NCBI GenBank assembly: GCA_028023455.1
Contig: JAQFVV010000006.1
Coordinates: 20,646,001 to 20,710,000 of the forward strand
Source of the DNA: Epiperipatus broadwayi
Taxonomy: Eukaryota; Animalia; Onychophora
Direction: 5' to 3'
Length of the DNA: 64,000 bases
Shown: piece after piece, positions 1 to 13,715 of the stretch
Position numbering within the stretch: the first letter of the stretch is position 1
Layout of the letters: each line of letters opens with the position of its first letter
Program-made: the position numbers and the translations under genes
Notes under the pieces: generated by a model
Told to the model about the DNA's origin: nothing
Seen by the model: only the letters and a program-made list of their open reading frames with translations
Database searches by the model: none

Positions 1-1888
1 TTTCATAGTTACAAAAACAATTTTAGCAATAAGACACATACTTTCTTTTGCTCAAAAATTTGTGTTTATTTTACCTTACTTTTATAAATATATTCAGAAC
101 ATATAGTTAAAGAAATATATACTATGGGCAAAAAAATCTAGAGGAGGCATAAACTCTGTTTTCATTTGGTATCTTTATGATTAAAATGAAATGGATATCA
201 CAAACACTATGCTGACCACCATAGAGCTAAGATAATTGAATTCATCTTGGATTATAATATCAACAGGAATAATAATTGGACATCATCTAAGAATTAAAAT
301 TGCTTATGGATCCATATGTTTGTGTTTTTGCTAGCAAAAAGATACCAAATAAAATGAATAATGAAATATCAACTGAAGTCATGTACATGCAAATTGTGGT
401 AACAGATAATAATAAAAACCTTTGAAATTAATACTGTCAGATAAGTTTCATTTAAAAAAAGAAAAGAAATGATTAAAAAAGCATAATGATAATTTTAATG
501 ATAAACATTTATTAAAGTTATTTTTTATTAATAATTTTTATTAATATAACTTCCTTAGCATTCATTGTCATTTAAACAATATGAGAAATATACATTTTTT
601 AAAAATAGTAGCAATATTAAAACTTTTATTATTTTGCTTAAATAGTCTATCATTAACCCTTTTATGACTGTATGCTTTATAATTTAAATGCATATCATAT
701 CTATTAATTGCAATCTAAAAAAAAGAAGAGCTAAATTATAAAACATAGATTAGATTGCAGTTGGTAAATTAAAATTAAAATTTTTATTTTATTCACCTCA
801 ATGAATTAATACGTATTTCAATAAATTTATATTATTATTATTAACCTAAGTCCTTTGATTTATCTATTGCAACAACAATTCAAAATTATTTTAGTATGCT
901 ATTTATTTTACAATTAAGATAATTCATTGTACATTCTATGTTATAGTTTATCATTTAATAAGTCATAATTTATTAAATTGTATCTTTTTTTCCAAGCAAA
1001 ATACTCATTCTCTGGGCCATTGCCACCTTACAAAATTTATAAGTCCATTGTAAATATAAATTTAAATACCATACAACCAGTTGTGAATTAACATATTTAT
1101 TCATCTATTTTAGTTATATATTTTAATTGCCTATGTACAATATTTATATAATATATTTTAGAGTGCCCAAATATCCAATATATAAGTGGAGAAACCACTT
1201 GATTTATGATTTAAGTATTACATGTGGTTTCCAAATCTATGAAACACTTATAGGACAGCTAGCCATGATTACCCAAATATATAAGCCATTCAATGAACCA
1301 CATTTATTTTATCTTTAATTTTGGTAGTCTTTATTAGTTTTTCTTTACATTGGGCTCATCCAATGAGAAAATATTATTTATGAGATAATGTTGCCTCATT
1401 AACATTGTTCATATAGGGTTTAGAATAATTTTTCTTCACATATAAAGCACATATAGGCATATATAATGTTCAATATTACCTTTCAAATGTCATTATTTTT
1501 CAGAAATGCCCTCTATGAATAAATATGACTTGTGATGTTTGAAGTTCAGAGTTTATATTTATTCATAGAGGGCGTTGCTGAAAAACATGCATGGGAGGGT
1601 GATTTGAACATTTTGTATTTGAATTTTCCGCTAGTGATATGCATAGGTATATTTTCATATATATATATATTAAATCTTCTTGAATTCATTGATTTATCTA
1701 GTAAGGTATATATATTGAATAAAAAAACTTTCACTGATTTCAAGTGATAAAAACTTTAAAAGAATTCTCTTTATATTTATAAATACCTTTCCAGCTAAGA
1801 TATAATGTAACAAAATATCAATTACAGTGATTGCAAACTGTCTGATATATTTTTAAGTCAAAAATAAATTTACTTTTAATTTTTTTTT

Positions 1889-1987
1889 CTCATGTGTCAT
1901 AGCGTCAGCCGGGAAGCAAACCCACTAACCTGGGACAACTGCTTGTATAGCAGCTGTCTCTGACCTCTCGACCACCAATGCTTGACT
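1889..1987 (-). mobile_element. tRNA-Gly-derived SINE, copy A
   Basis: The minus strand reads GTCAA-GCATTGGTGGTCGAGAGG...GGGTTTGCTTCCCGGCTGACGCTATGACACATGAG-A9. It has A-box and B-box-like motifs and is near-identical to 39606-39713. An imperfect TSD (aaaaatttagaagta / aaaaattaaaagta) flanks it. Confidence 0.8.
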
Positions 1988-2350
1988 ACTTCTAAATTTT
2001 TATTTAAACTTTTATTAAAATCACAATTCATACAATATTAGTAATTTTTTTAGATTGCTAATAACACAACTTTTTAAATACTCTCATAATTAAATGGGAA
2101 TCAATTTTAAGAAATTATAAAAGATTTTTTGCAAGTTTTATAGATTTAAATGACAAAAATTAAAAAAAAATTCTCTGTGTATTTTAAAATAATTTTCCAT
2201 TTATGATGCAATAATAGTATCAATTACAAAAATGGGTACTGCAAACTGAAATTACTTTATCTAGTAAAGGTACTTGTCTAAAATATTTTAAGTCCAAATG
2301 AATCCACCTTTATTATCTAGCTTTTATTAGGATCATAGGTCAGCAAATTC

Positions 2351-2369
2351 TATATATATATATATATAT
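2351..2369. repeat. (TA)n microsatellite
   Basis: Direct read of the TA run. Confidence 0.9.
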
Positions 2370-3342
2370 GGATTAGAACCAAGTGCACATAGCTAACTAA
2401 AATGCAAATATAAAATATTGCAGTCATGAAATGTTACATCATTTCAGTAGTGTTGTCATAAAACAGTCATAAAATTTAAACAAAGTAAGATCAACTGCAA
2501 AATTGTTAAGTATATTGAAATTCAGACTTATGTATATAAGAAGTTTAAAACTAAACCGGTAAACATCTTAATTGTTAAGAAACATATTTTAAATTATGAG
2601 TACAAAGAAAGTCGAATACAATAGTCATTTAAAAATATAAAACACCTAATTGAAATGGAAATAGTTGCATATCAGTAGCTGAAATTCAAATGTAAAATAT
2701 GATTATCACCAAATGTTGCACTTTCTATATACTTAAAAACTTTACAGCTTATGAATAAGAAGTTCATCTTTTAAATGTGCTGCTTCATTCAGATTTTATT
2801 TTGTTTCACAGGATAGTAGTGCTGTAATTAATGTAACAGTAGGTGATAATGATATATTACATTTGAATTTTAATTAATGATATGCAATTGATTGTATTTC
2901 TTATAAATTTGTATTCAATAGTTTTGAAAGTTTAAAATGAACATTATATTATTATTTTTTTGCATATATATTTAAAAATATATTTGCTTATTAATAATTA
3001 AGAACTTTGCTGACTTAGTTTACTTTTCTGGTTTACTAGGTAGAAATTGTGTTATACTTAACAACAGCAGCATATGGGTAGAAATTATGTTTATTTTACA
3101 GATTGTGCTGCTGAAATAATGTAACATTTAGTGAAGGTGATATTATATATATACACTTGTAAATGAATATGGGATTTCCATCTCCAAAAATAGAGAGAAG
3201 AGAAAGTTACTCTAGAAATGAGTTTAGCGATGATCACAAATACATCCACATGTAGAACATTCTGGTTCATTTTTCTATTTATTTGATATTTTATGATTCT
3301 GTCTTTTAATTTCTTCAGCAGAAAATTTTTTCTCTGAATTAT

Positions 3343-3536
3343 GTAATATATATTAAGGCTATAACCTTAAGACTATGTACCTAGATGTGACAGTAGAGAC
3401 CTCTACAAATCTTAACACAAGATTAACTACTTGAAAAGACAAGAATGAGTCATTAATCTTGTGTTAAGATTTGTAGAAGTTCCTACTGTTGCATCTAGGT
3501 GCATAGTCTTAGGGTTATAGCCTTAATATATATTAC
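3343..3536. mobile_element. Foldback MITE with ~85-bp TIRs (TAAGGCT family)
   Basis: The left arm gtaatatatattaaggctataaccttaagactatg...cacaagattaa is the near-perfect reverse complement of the right arm, with a ~30-bp spacer. It shares TAAGGCT and GAGACCTCTAC with 15158-15459. Confidence 0.85.
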
Positions 3537-3569
3537 TTACATAATGAGTATGTGCATAACAAATTATTA

Positions 3570-4530
3570 ATTAAGCACCATGACTAATTAAAACTCTCTA
3601 ATATATTCCCTTTTCTGCCATATTTTGCCAATGGAAACAATTATCCTTGCACTTCTTTAGAATGTTTTTGTTATGATCCTTATAATGTAGGTGAGACCTA
3701 CGTCTTCTATTAAACCCATATTCAAGTTCAGCACAAAACACCCTTTTAGGAAGTATTCCATCATTCATCCATTTTACATGTAAAATCCAGAGAAAATGTG
3801 TTTTTTATAATACTAGACTTTATAATATCATATCCAGCAAGTTGAAATTAAATATTGATAGGTTTTTTGATCTTACTATTATATTTTTAAAATTTTATAA
3901 TGCATCCTTAAATGAAACTTTTCTAATATTTTTATATTGCATTGGTAGAGTGTCCATGTTTCACATTCATACAATAAATTGGGTGAACTAACAGCTCTAT
4001 ATGCAGGTAACTTAATTGCAGTAGTTATTTCCCTGTGATGAAATTATTCTATCTTTTAATATTCTAAAAGCAGCAGCACATGGTGTTTTAGTTGTATCTC
4101 AACATCTAAACTCCACCTTTCCATTTATAAAATCACTAAGATAATTAAACTGGTTTACATTTTCAAGTCAACAGTCATGCAAGCTAAAAATTCTGAGGAC
4201 TTTCTTCTATTAAGATTTTTTAAACTAAAATTGTATATATTGCATTTAAAACATTAAGAACATTCTGTTAATTGTCTTTTGAAATGGCAAAATTGGCACA
4301 ACCCTCGGCCTTTTGTAGAGCCAGAATCCAAGAAGAAGTTTCTATTTCATTTTTAATTGATTAAAATTGAAAATTCCACTATCAAGGCAGTATTGCATCT
4401 TGATCTCCATTTCATTAAAGCCACTTATAAACAATTCCAAAGATTACTTTTATAAAAATTGAAAACAATGCTGAAATAAGTACGTATCCTTGTTTAACAC
4501 CAGCTTTCATTTGAGTGTCTCAGGTTTTGT
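3570..4530 (-). mobile_element. BovB-like RTE LINE, 3' RT fragment (pseudogenised)
   Basis: Minus-strand translation gives GVKQGYVLISALFSIF, IKMQYCLDSGIFNFNQLK (the BovB-type YRxDGxLFNL segment), AIKLPAYRAVSSPNLLYECETWTLY and WILHVKWMNDGILPKRVFCAELEYG. There are multiple stops and frameshifts. Confidence 0.85.
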
Positions 4531-6741
4531 ACCTGTAATAATAAATAACACACTCAAGAACTGCACAATATATATATATTATAACAGTCACAAATTGAAG
4601 TGAAATAACCAGCCTTACCGTATCTGCCTATGAGGGCGCCACTAGGTCATTCGAACCTAGAAAATTTATAATGTAGACAGATACACGCTGATAAGATCAT
4701 GACCACCAGCCTAGTCACTAGCTCATGAAGTAGCAGAGGTTTAAAACACTTATTAAATATATCTTTTTTAATAAAGAATAATAAAAATAATCACTAGATC
4801 ACTGTCAGTATTAATAACACAAAAAAGATTTTATTTACGTATATAATTAATAATGCACAAACTAAAAAAAATAATAATTTTTATAACAAAAGAAGAAAGT
4901 TGTTGTATTCTGGTTCATTAATTATTATTTTATTTGTTTTTAACTTTTATTTTTAATCTTAGAAATGTTGAGTATAGATGAGCTACCCAGACCACGCACC
5001 TAAAAGATTTTCAAACATTTTTGACTTTGGGCTAAAAGTCCACAGCCACACCAATGCTCGCTTCCAGATATATATTAGCAACCAATGCAATATGAACATG
5101 TTAGCATAGAATCATGCTGACAGGAATGTGCATCTGAACAGCATGATATTATTGGAGAAAACATGAGCTTCAACCAGTATAGGAATGTGCTTCTATCTGG
5201 CGAAGGAATCATGTATGTAATAATAAGAGAAAAACGCTGTGTATGGATGAGAGAGCGGTCTCATCTTGCTGACTTATCTTCTCAATCCATAGAACTGGAA
5301 TGGGTCAATGAACAGGAAATACATCTGCGTCCATTTCAATGATATGACTACCTCTCTTTGGGGTCATGCATTCAGTTGGACTCATCGCCCTAGGTGCTAA
5401 CACACTTCACATTACATTGATATAAATGTCTATATATCTCTCCACCATCACTGACACAACTATGAAACAAATAGTCTGAAATCAAAACCCTTTTAAACTA
5501 ACATATATTTAAACTAGTCTAACAGCCATCTGTACTCAACTAACATTTAAATCATTTTATTAATTTAATAAAAATAAAATATTTAGTTTACAGTTTTAAA
5601 TTCATTTTAACATGACATTATATTTAACTTATTTTCTTTCCAGAAATACTATTTTTAACCTATTTTAAAATTTAATAATGCACAAATAACGATGTGTTTT
5701 CTATCTTTAAATTCATTTGCAATAGCAAACCCTGCCCTATTACAAACAGATCTTATTAAACATGAATAATAAAAAAAAAACAATACATATATTTTAAGAG
5801 ATTACGTTAACACTTGATCAGAGTTTAAAATGGCAAAGTTTATAAAAGATAAAGTTCAGGTTTGTTCAGGAAAGAAAGTTTATAGTTCATTTTTAGAAAC
5901 AAATAAAGTTCGAAGTTTTATGTTTAAAAGAGTTTATATTTAATTTTATCATTCAGAAATTTATACCTTTCTTTGTCCTGTGCTTATTCCTTTGCGACGA
6001 AGATCTAATTTACGCAAGGTCCTTTTCTTGCAGATGATGACGATTTATGAAGCTTGATGAAGATTTCTGCATACAGCACCAGTGGTTCAATCCTGGGATC
6101 CTTGAATAGGAAAGCTGCCTTCGGCCGGCTGCACTGAAGGAAGCACGATGAAGCTAATTACATTCTTTTTTTTTGTGATGGTGATAACTTTTAAAATTAT
6201 TTTTAAATATTTTACTTTCAGCAAGACTTACGGAATTCAAAATTTAATTTCTTTAATTCTCTCTAATTATTTCTTTTGGATTTCTTTTTATAGTCCTCAG
6301 GTACCTTATTTCTGGAATGCAGGATTCATCAAACGTATTCCATATCTCTATTTTATTGGTTAATTCAGTTTGTGGCCAAGTAGATTTTGGGTTTATGGCT
6401 AAGTAAATTTTTCCACTGAGGTCTGTGTCCATATCTTTGGGCAGGAAAAGCAAGTCTTATCTATTTTGTAATCATTTTTTAATGGTCATTTTGCCCAAAG
6501 GATCTGTTTGTAATTTTTTATATTTAAAATTAAAAATCTTCACTATTATTAAAAAGGTTTTTATTTTATACTTTATTTAAAGATTAGAATCTTTGTTTTA
6601 ATTCTATAATTTTTTTAAAGCTTATTTTAATATTTAAATCAACCATTAATAAATTAATAATTCGTTATTTGTGCATTTTGAACGTGTATGTTTTTAATTC
6701 AGTATTAGATATTTACAAAACAGTACATATTAGAATTTAAA

Positions 6742-6845
6742 TGTAACACACATATATATATATCCCATTACAATATATATATATATATATATATGTAACA
6801 CACATATATATATATATATCCCATTATATATATATATATATTGTA
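6742..6845. repeat. Compound (TA)n microsatellite within a duplicated tgtaacacac(AT)n-cccatta unit
   Basis: Two copies of tgtaacacacatat...cccatta with TA tracts of different lengths. Confidence 0.85.
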
Positions 6846-8633
6846 ACCATATGTTTTGGCTCAATGATAGTAAGTTTTATCCAGTGGACCAGTGTGTAAA
6901 ATTTTAAATTTTAATTGGTGATAATTTGTTAAGATATTGAAAATCAGTGTGTAGAAATCAATTATAGAGTGAAATGCTTGTGGATTATAATTTTTCCACT
7001 AAGCAAAAGCTCACTGAAAAATATCTTGAAAGTGATGATGATCTTGACTGTTTGTGAAACACTGGAAAATCTGACAGATTGGATATGAATCTCATAAACT
7101 TTATCACAAGTTCCAGTGGCAGCTATTTCAAATGGTGTTTTAATAGTATTAAAACATTATTTGGAAGCATAAAAATATTTAACACTTTATTATTATTATT
7201 AAACAGTAATTAAAAATAAATAAACAAAATCAATTTAGAATTCTTCTAAATTTTCTTTATAAACAATCTTTAAATATATTATGTTTTAATTTAAATTGAA
7301 ATATAACAGTCTAGATTTTTTTATCACTAGAGGGATAAAACTATTAATTTATTCACATTTTACAGTAATTGGATCATTTAGGACCAATCAGGCATTGTAA
7401 CTCAAAGAATAAATACTATAACAAGTTGGTAGATAAGGGGACTACTCAAAGATAAGAAAATCAAAACAGGACTTTAACTATCCACTTATAAAATAAAATA
7501 TAAGGAATAAGCTGGAAAATAATATCTTTGAAAATTAATTTGGATAAAAACTCATGATTATATGGAAATAAACAGCATGGAGTAAAAACTTAATAACTCT
7601 GTGATATTTCTGCATTATTTTCCATCGATCGTATAGTTCTTAATTTTGCCTGCTGGAGAATCTGGAATAAATATTTGCCTCAACATGTTCCATTGGAAAC
7701 GAAGAACAATACCAGAAAACATAAGCAATTACTTTTGTTTTCTTTATCTTAAGCAAGTGTCAGATTTAAAAATGACACGAAAATTATCTAGATTGAAAAG
7801 AAGATTAAAATGTTTTGAATTTTGCGTCACTAGTAAGCATAAATCTGAAAAAGACATTTATAAATTCTCATTCCAATAAAATAAATCGAAATCATTTTGA
7901 AGAAAAGTTGTAAGAGAGAGAATAAACTAACTAGAAAGTCATTTTTAAGTCACATAATATTTAGTCAATTTAAAAAGAAAAATGCATAACTTATGTTCGA
8001 TTTTCATTAGAGAAGGAACTCATCTGCTAGTGGTATTTGGCGCTAATTTATGTAGCTGGTAAAAATATAAAATGACTGAATATTAATTCCAAGTATATTT
8101 TATTAATAATTGCTTACTATTGAATCAATCCTGCTTAACATTCTAAAATACGTATTAATTTACTGGTAGAAGTGAATAAATAAATGTTTATTTATTTTTT
8201 TATCTTGATTATGCAACATATAAATTTGTAATATTTTGAATGTTTAAAATTACCTAGATTATTTAAAAATTGTGACAGGTATTACCGTGGATGGAAAAAA
8301 AAACAAAGTAAACAAAATCCATAAATGATTTTAAAAAGTTTGTTTTAAAGATCGTAATAAACCTATTTTAATTGTGCTGCATTTGGAAGAGTGCAAGTTA
8401 CAGAGAAATTAAAAATGCCTAGAATGTCATGTTTGTAATTGAGTAAATTCTTCCTGGTATAACTAAAAACATCTTGATTGCTGATAGGAAGGAAGTGAAT
8501 AAATGTTTATTTGTTTTTGTCTTTATTGAATAATTTGCAAAGTAACAAGATTTTAAACTGTTTTAAAATCACCCAGATCTTTGCACAGATGGAAAATCAA
8601 AATAAACCAATCAATAAATAATTTTAAACCTAT

Positions 8634-8880
8634 TTTTATTGTCCTTGGAAAGTATTTGAATATTGTCTTGCTATATGATATCAGTACATAAACCAACAAT
8701 TAATTTTATTGCCTTTGGAAAGTATTTGAATATCATCTTGCTATAATGACATCGGTATATAAACCAGCAAATGATTTTTATTGTCCTTGGAAAGTATTTG
8801 AATATCATCTTGCTATATGATATCAGTACATAAACCAACAATTAATTTTATTGCTTTTGGAAAGTGTTTGAATATTGTTT
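8634..8880. repeat. ~71-bp minisatellite, ~3.5 units
   Basis: The unit ttttattg(t/c)c(c/t)ttggaaagtatttgaatat...aaacca(a/g)caa is repeated, and units 1 and 3 are nearly identical. Confidence 0.9.
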
Positions 8881-9182
8881 GAAATATGCTAATATAAAAC
8901 AGGATAATCAAAAGATATATATTTATTTGGGAAGATTTGCTTATAATATCTGTTTTCTTGTCATTTTGCTTATAAGAACGGATCAAACTTTGATAAAATC
9001 TAATGGGAGAAAATGTTTGTTTATTTTTGTTATTGATATGTTTAATATTATAATACATTTTTTTTGTCTTTCAAGTGTTATTCAGGCATTAGTTTTTTTT
9101 TGTGTATTTATATATTTTATGAGAATATAAAATGTAGTTAGTGATGATATAGAGATGTATAAAGAAACATATACCTCTAATA

Positions 9183-9183
9183 T

Positions 9184-9238
<55 letters not shown>
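9183..9238. repeat. (CA)n(TA)n compound microsatellite
   Basis: Direct read. Confidence 0.95.
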
Positions 9239-9242
<4 letters not shown>

Positions 9243-11225
9243 TTTTTTTCCAATCAGGGGAAACATAATATTGAATATCATTATCTGGGAACAGATAAAT
9301 ATTTATTTCTCGCACTGCTAAAATAAATGTTATTATTGTATTGAGGGGGAACAAACAAACCCAAACTTCTCAAAATTATACATATAATGACACCATTGTC
9401 TATTATATGAAATAATTTAATAAGCATTTCTTTTATTGCTTAATTTTGCCTATGAACAAAAATGTCCACCGTAAATACAAAATGCAGTTTGGTCCTCATT
9501 GTTTACATGTGCATGGCTTGCTATAACCAAAGTATGATAATTATTTTAGAATAATTAATGGTCATTTTACTTATATGTTGGTGGTTTGTCTATAAAACAT
9601 TAATAGTTTCTGCATTGGGAAATGGGACAGTTATGTTTCCACTTTTATTATGAGTGTTGTTTTAATGAGTTTGTGTCACATACAATGGCATCAAATATAA
9701 TAATATTAATATTGTGCATGGGCTGATGGAGAATCCCCCATTGTGGATTAAATGAGAGGATGATATTGTTGAGGATAATTAGTAGTTAGTGTTTAGAGCA
9801 TAGTTAATCCTAAAAGAGGATGATCCCCATGGTCTGAATTCTATTTTCCAGTGAAGAGGCACTGCCCACACTTTTATACCTATGAAGGTATTGGAATTGG
9901 CCATATTATTATACAACTGTCATGTTGTTTTGTAGAGCCTCCCTTTATAGTTAGATCCCTCATGAAGGTATATATAGAGTTTTCCATTGTGTATGGTGAA
10001 GTTTAGATTTTAAAATCTATGGCAAGGATAAAATAGTTAAATTAAGGGACACTTGCCTATCTATAGTGTTTGTCTAATTGAAATAGCATCTTGATGATGT
10101 TGTGTAATCTTCATCAGTTTATAGACAAACCAACCATAAACAAAAAAAAGAGAACTTATTAGTGTCTGTATAACTTCTGTGTAAAAAAGCAAGGTATGTA
10201 CAGGGACAATGTGGATTGGTCATTAACAAGTAGTTATTTGCAGGTGGATCGGTAAGATCCTTTAATTAGTAAATGGTTAAGTTGTGGACATAGTGAATGT
10301 TTTGGTGTCATATGTATATTTAACTTATGATGTCTGCCCCACATCAATACCACAAATTTTGTTTTGTAGTAAATGATAATAATAATATAAAAAAATATTA
10401 ATTGTGCTGTATATGATAATTGCCATTAACATATTCTACTAAATTAGATTGATACCGTTCAATATAATAAATTATAACTCAATTATTAGATTTAGAAATG
10501 ACTGTAAATTTCCATCCCAGATTGTGTTCAATGAAGTCATCTTGTTTCATGTAATGTGCCTAATATGGACTTGTAAATAATGTAAATAAATCTTGTTATG
10601 TTAAAGTTTATTTAGTTGCCAATAGTCTTATTGCTAATCAACACACTCACACATTATTATTGTTATTGCTATCAACATATCGTATCATCTAATAAGAGTA
10701 TTGAATGTCTTTAGAAAAATTTAACTTTATTTAAATATTCCAAATACATTAATAGCACAGAAGTTAGTGTATACACAACATTTTGAGAGGTATAATTCTC
10801 CCCTCTTCTTCAGGTGTTGCTGATCTGGCCAGTGACAGTATTAGCATGGGAATCAAATCTGGACACTTAGATTCTTGAAGGGCAATTTGGGAGTGATGAG
10901 CGCCAAGAAGATATGATTCAGACTTTGACAGCCAAAAAATATCAAGGTAGCCAGCAAGGAACTTTCATGCAATTTTTTTTTAAACAAGTGGTGAAGTTTC
11001 GAATCCTAATTGCAAATATAAAAAACCCAAAACACAAATCTCTCTTCATATTGAATTGACATGTCTGCTGTCTTTGTTAATGAAAATATCCTTGAAAATA
11101 TTATACACTACATAATTAGCATGAAATAATAAAAAATGCATTATTTTCAATGTCAAAGATTAAAATGAGAGAGGTCAGAGTCTCATATATTAATCTATAA
11201 AAAATGTAAACTTAATCTTGTATAT

Positions 11226-11327
11226 CAGGGGTCAGCAACCTTTTGGTAGTGCCATGCCTAACCTATGTTACAATGTTATGATAACACACTAATCTACTGA
11301 GCCATCCTGCCAAAGGTAGCAGTCAGT
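11226..11327. mobile_element. Possible hAT/Charlie-type MITE relic
   Basis: Starts CAGGGGTCAGCAACCTTTTGG, a typical hAT-Charlie terminus. The candidate right TIR (ccaaaggtagcagtcagtag) is degenerate. Confidence 0.3.
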
Positions 11328-12028
11328 AGAAATTTCATTTTTTTATCTATGAAGTTTCTCTTGATTTCTCCATTTTTTCCTAAGGGCAAAGTTGATTAGT
11401 GGTTTCCATACATTATGTATAGTCACACTAGACTGACTTATAGGATTGTTTGCCATTGCCATGTGAGCAGCATTTTAAAATTTTCTTCTTTGTACCTTTT
11501 CTTCTCTATCCAATATTTTTGTATTTTGATGTTAGCTAAAATAATGAATTCTCAAGACTAAATACTTTATATCCAAATGAACTGTTTTTTTCTTAATTGA
11601 CTTTTAAGAAATGTAAACATTGATGTATATAATAACAGTGTGAAAACACATTTCTTAATCTGTATCCTTTTATAATGTCTCATTTCTTATTATATTTATG
11701 TGGTTTTCTTAGTAAGCACTGAATGCACTTGAAATATAAAAAAGAACATTGTATTTATTATATTATGTTCAAATCCCTCTATCAAATGTTCTGTCCCCCC
11801 CCCCTTCACTCTCTATGAATAAATATAAAATCTAAATTTCAAACAGTACGATTCAAAAGATAGAGGTATGTTGTTTGGAGTTTAGAATTTATATTTATAA
11901 CAGAGGCATTGCGGAAAAAATAATATTTGGGAGGGTGAGTTGAATATTTGAATTTTCTATGCATTGGGATATTTTTTCATTATATTATATATACGAACAT
12001 ATAGATATTAATACTGAAGGTTTTTTTT

Positions 12029-12135
12029 CCATATGTCATAGCATCGGCCGGGAGGCGAACCCGCAACAACCGTCTACAACCAACTGCGTGCTTGCAAGGC
12101 GGCTGCGCTGATCTCTCGGCTAACAACGCTTGACT
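12029..12135 (-). mobile_element. tRNA-Gly-derived SINE, copy B (CpG-intact)
   Basis: The minus strand reads GTCAA-GCGTTGTTAGCCGAGAGATCAGCGCAGCCGCCTTGCAAGC...CGGGTTCGCCTCCCGGCCGATGCTATGACATATGG-A8. TSD is aaaacctcagt / aaaaccttcagt. Confidence 0.8.
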
Positions 12136-13019
12136 GAGGTTTTAATGGGTTTTTTTCGAAGTATTTTTCTGTATAAAGTTCAGTTGTAGTGCAACCAATC
12201 TCTCAAGAAATTAAAAACTGGTAATAAAAACTATATTATCCAGTAATAATATTTATTTGTTAGGGCGTTAGATAAATAAAGATTCGTAATTTCAATTTGC
12301 ATTATCGGTTTTTGATGGGATTTTTTGCGGACCAGCTAGCAACAAACATGGAAAGTATATTTAACAATTTTAATATACACAGTATATATATATTCTAAGA
12401 TTGCGAATAAGCATGCAATATGAATATTACATATATATTAATTTTATCTTGAAAATATTTTATAATTTTATTTTAATTCTGTATAATATCAAATTAATTT
12501 TTTCCAATTTATTTTTTTTTGCAATTATTGGTGTAACCTAGCAGCATGGAAATTTAAAAACTATTCTATACTAACAATAAAATTAAACTTTTCCTTTTTA
12601 TCTTAAATATGAAAATCTTTTCAAATCTGCCTCGAGCAAAATGGCATCAAATTGAATATTCAATATAAAGGCTTTTAGGGAAGATTGAGTTACCAAGATC
12701 AAAAGAAAAATTCCCAATACTGAAAAACCATACTCTATAAAGTAGAAAACAAAATATTTTGAATGTGTTGTGTTGCTCTTTGAAGAAACTGATCAATTTT
12801 ATATAATATTCTGTATTTATATCAATATTTTTAAAATAATATGTGTGTGTGTGTATGTTTTACTAAAGTCATTTTTTAAATTAATATTTAGATGCAAATA
12901 TATAATTTTAAATATTTGAAAAACAGGCGCTCTTCACAAACCTGGAGCTTTAATTGTAAATATAGGGGATTTGAACTCAGACTTTCAAGCACGCACCAAC
13001 TATCCACACTATCTCATAC

Positions 13020-13190
13020 AACTGATACACATGACCACACACATGTAGAAAATATAAATAATCACCGATATACATATTTCATGCTAAACCAGCACTCACC
13101 AGTTGGTTCAGATTATCATCTCCCACACATATATATAATTAGTGCTCAGTTTTATATTAAAATAGCAAATTTTCACACTTTAATGGACAC
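13020..13190 (-). repeat. HHR-bearing dispersed repeat (family H2), copy 1
   Basis: Aligns with 14345-14490 (same strand) and 14588-14790 (opposite strand). The minus strand at 13107-13064 reads accaa-CTGGTGA-gtgct ggttt agcat-GAAA-tatgtaTA-tcggt. Confidence 0.7.
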
Positions 13191-13658
13191 ACTTCAATCT
13201 ACTCCAACTTTTTAGCCATCCATATCATCGAAAATCTGATGATGGAAAGCCAAATCTCATGCTGATGCCATTATAATAAAATCCACACATTGTAGTAATC
13301 AGAACATCCTTTTACCATGTTTTTAAGCTTAGGTTTCCAGATATCAAATAAGCTTAGAATTTCTCTTTAAGGTAGCCAGTTTGTCGCTAATGCAGAAAAC
13401 TCATTAAATTTCTGATAAATACATGACTATCTAATTAAATTAGTCTTATTAGTAAGTAAAATTAAAATGCCAAAATATTAAAAGTGCCCTTCATCATCCA
13501 TTTTCTGGCAAGCCTGGGGATAATAGATACTCTTTCACTAGTCTTTTTCAAGGAAGGAGACCAAACTTGCTGAAAAAATTTTGCTAAGCTCAAATTTGAA
13601 CACAGGACATAATAAAAACAGGTATCTACACTATTTTACACCATAGGACCCTCTCTTT

Positions 13659-13661
<3 letters not shown>

Positions 13662-13709
<48 letters not shown>
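13662..13709. repeat. (TA)n microsatellite
   Basis: Direct read. Confidence 0.95.

Positions 13710-13715
<6 letters not shown>

Noticed and set aside
2790-3165. Tandem micro-exons (polyY-CAG ... GT, twice)
   Set aside because: The second copy is closed in all frames, so a diverged local duplication is the simpler explanation.
8634-8880. CRISPR-like array
   Set aside because: The units are contiguous with no unique spacers, the context is eukaryotic, and there are no cas genes.
10810-11055. Exon or gypsy gag fragment (WESNLDT*ILEGQFGSDERQEDMIQTL)
   Set aside because: All frames after the acceptor-like site contain stops, and the gag resemblance is too vague without a search.
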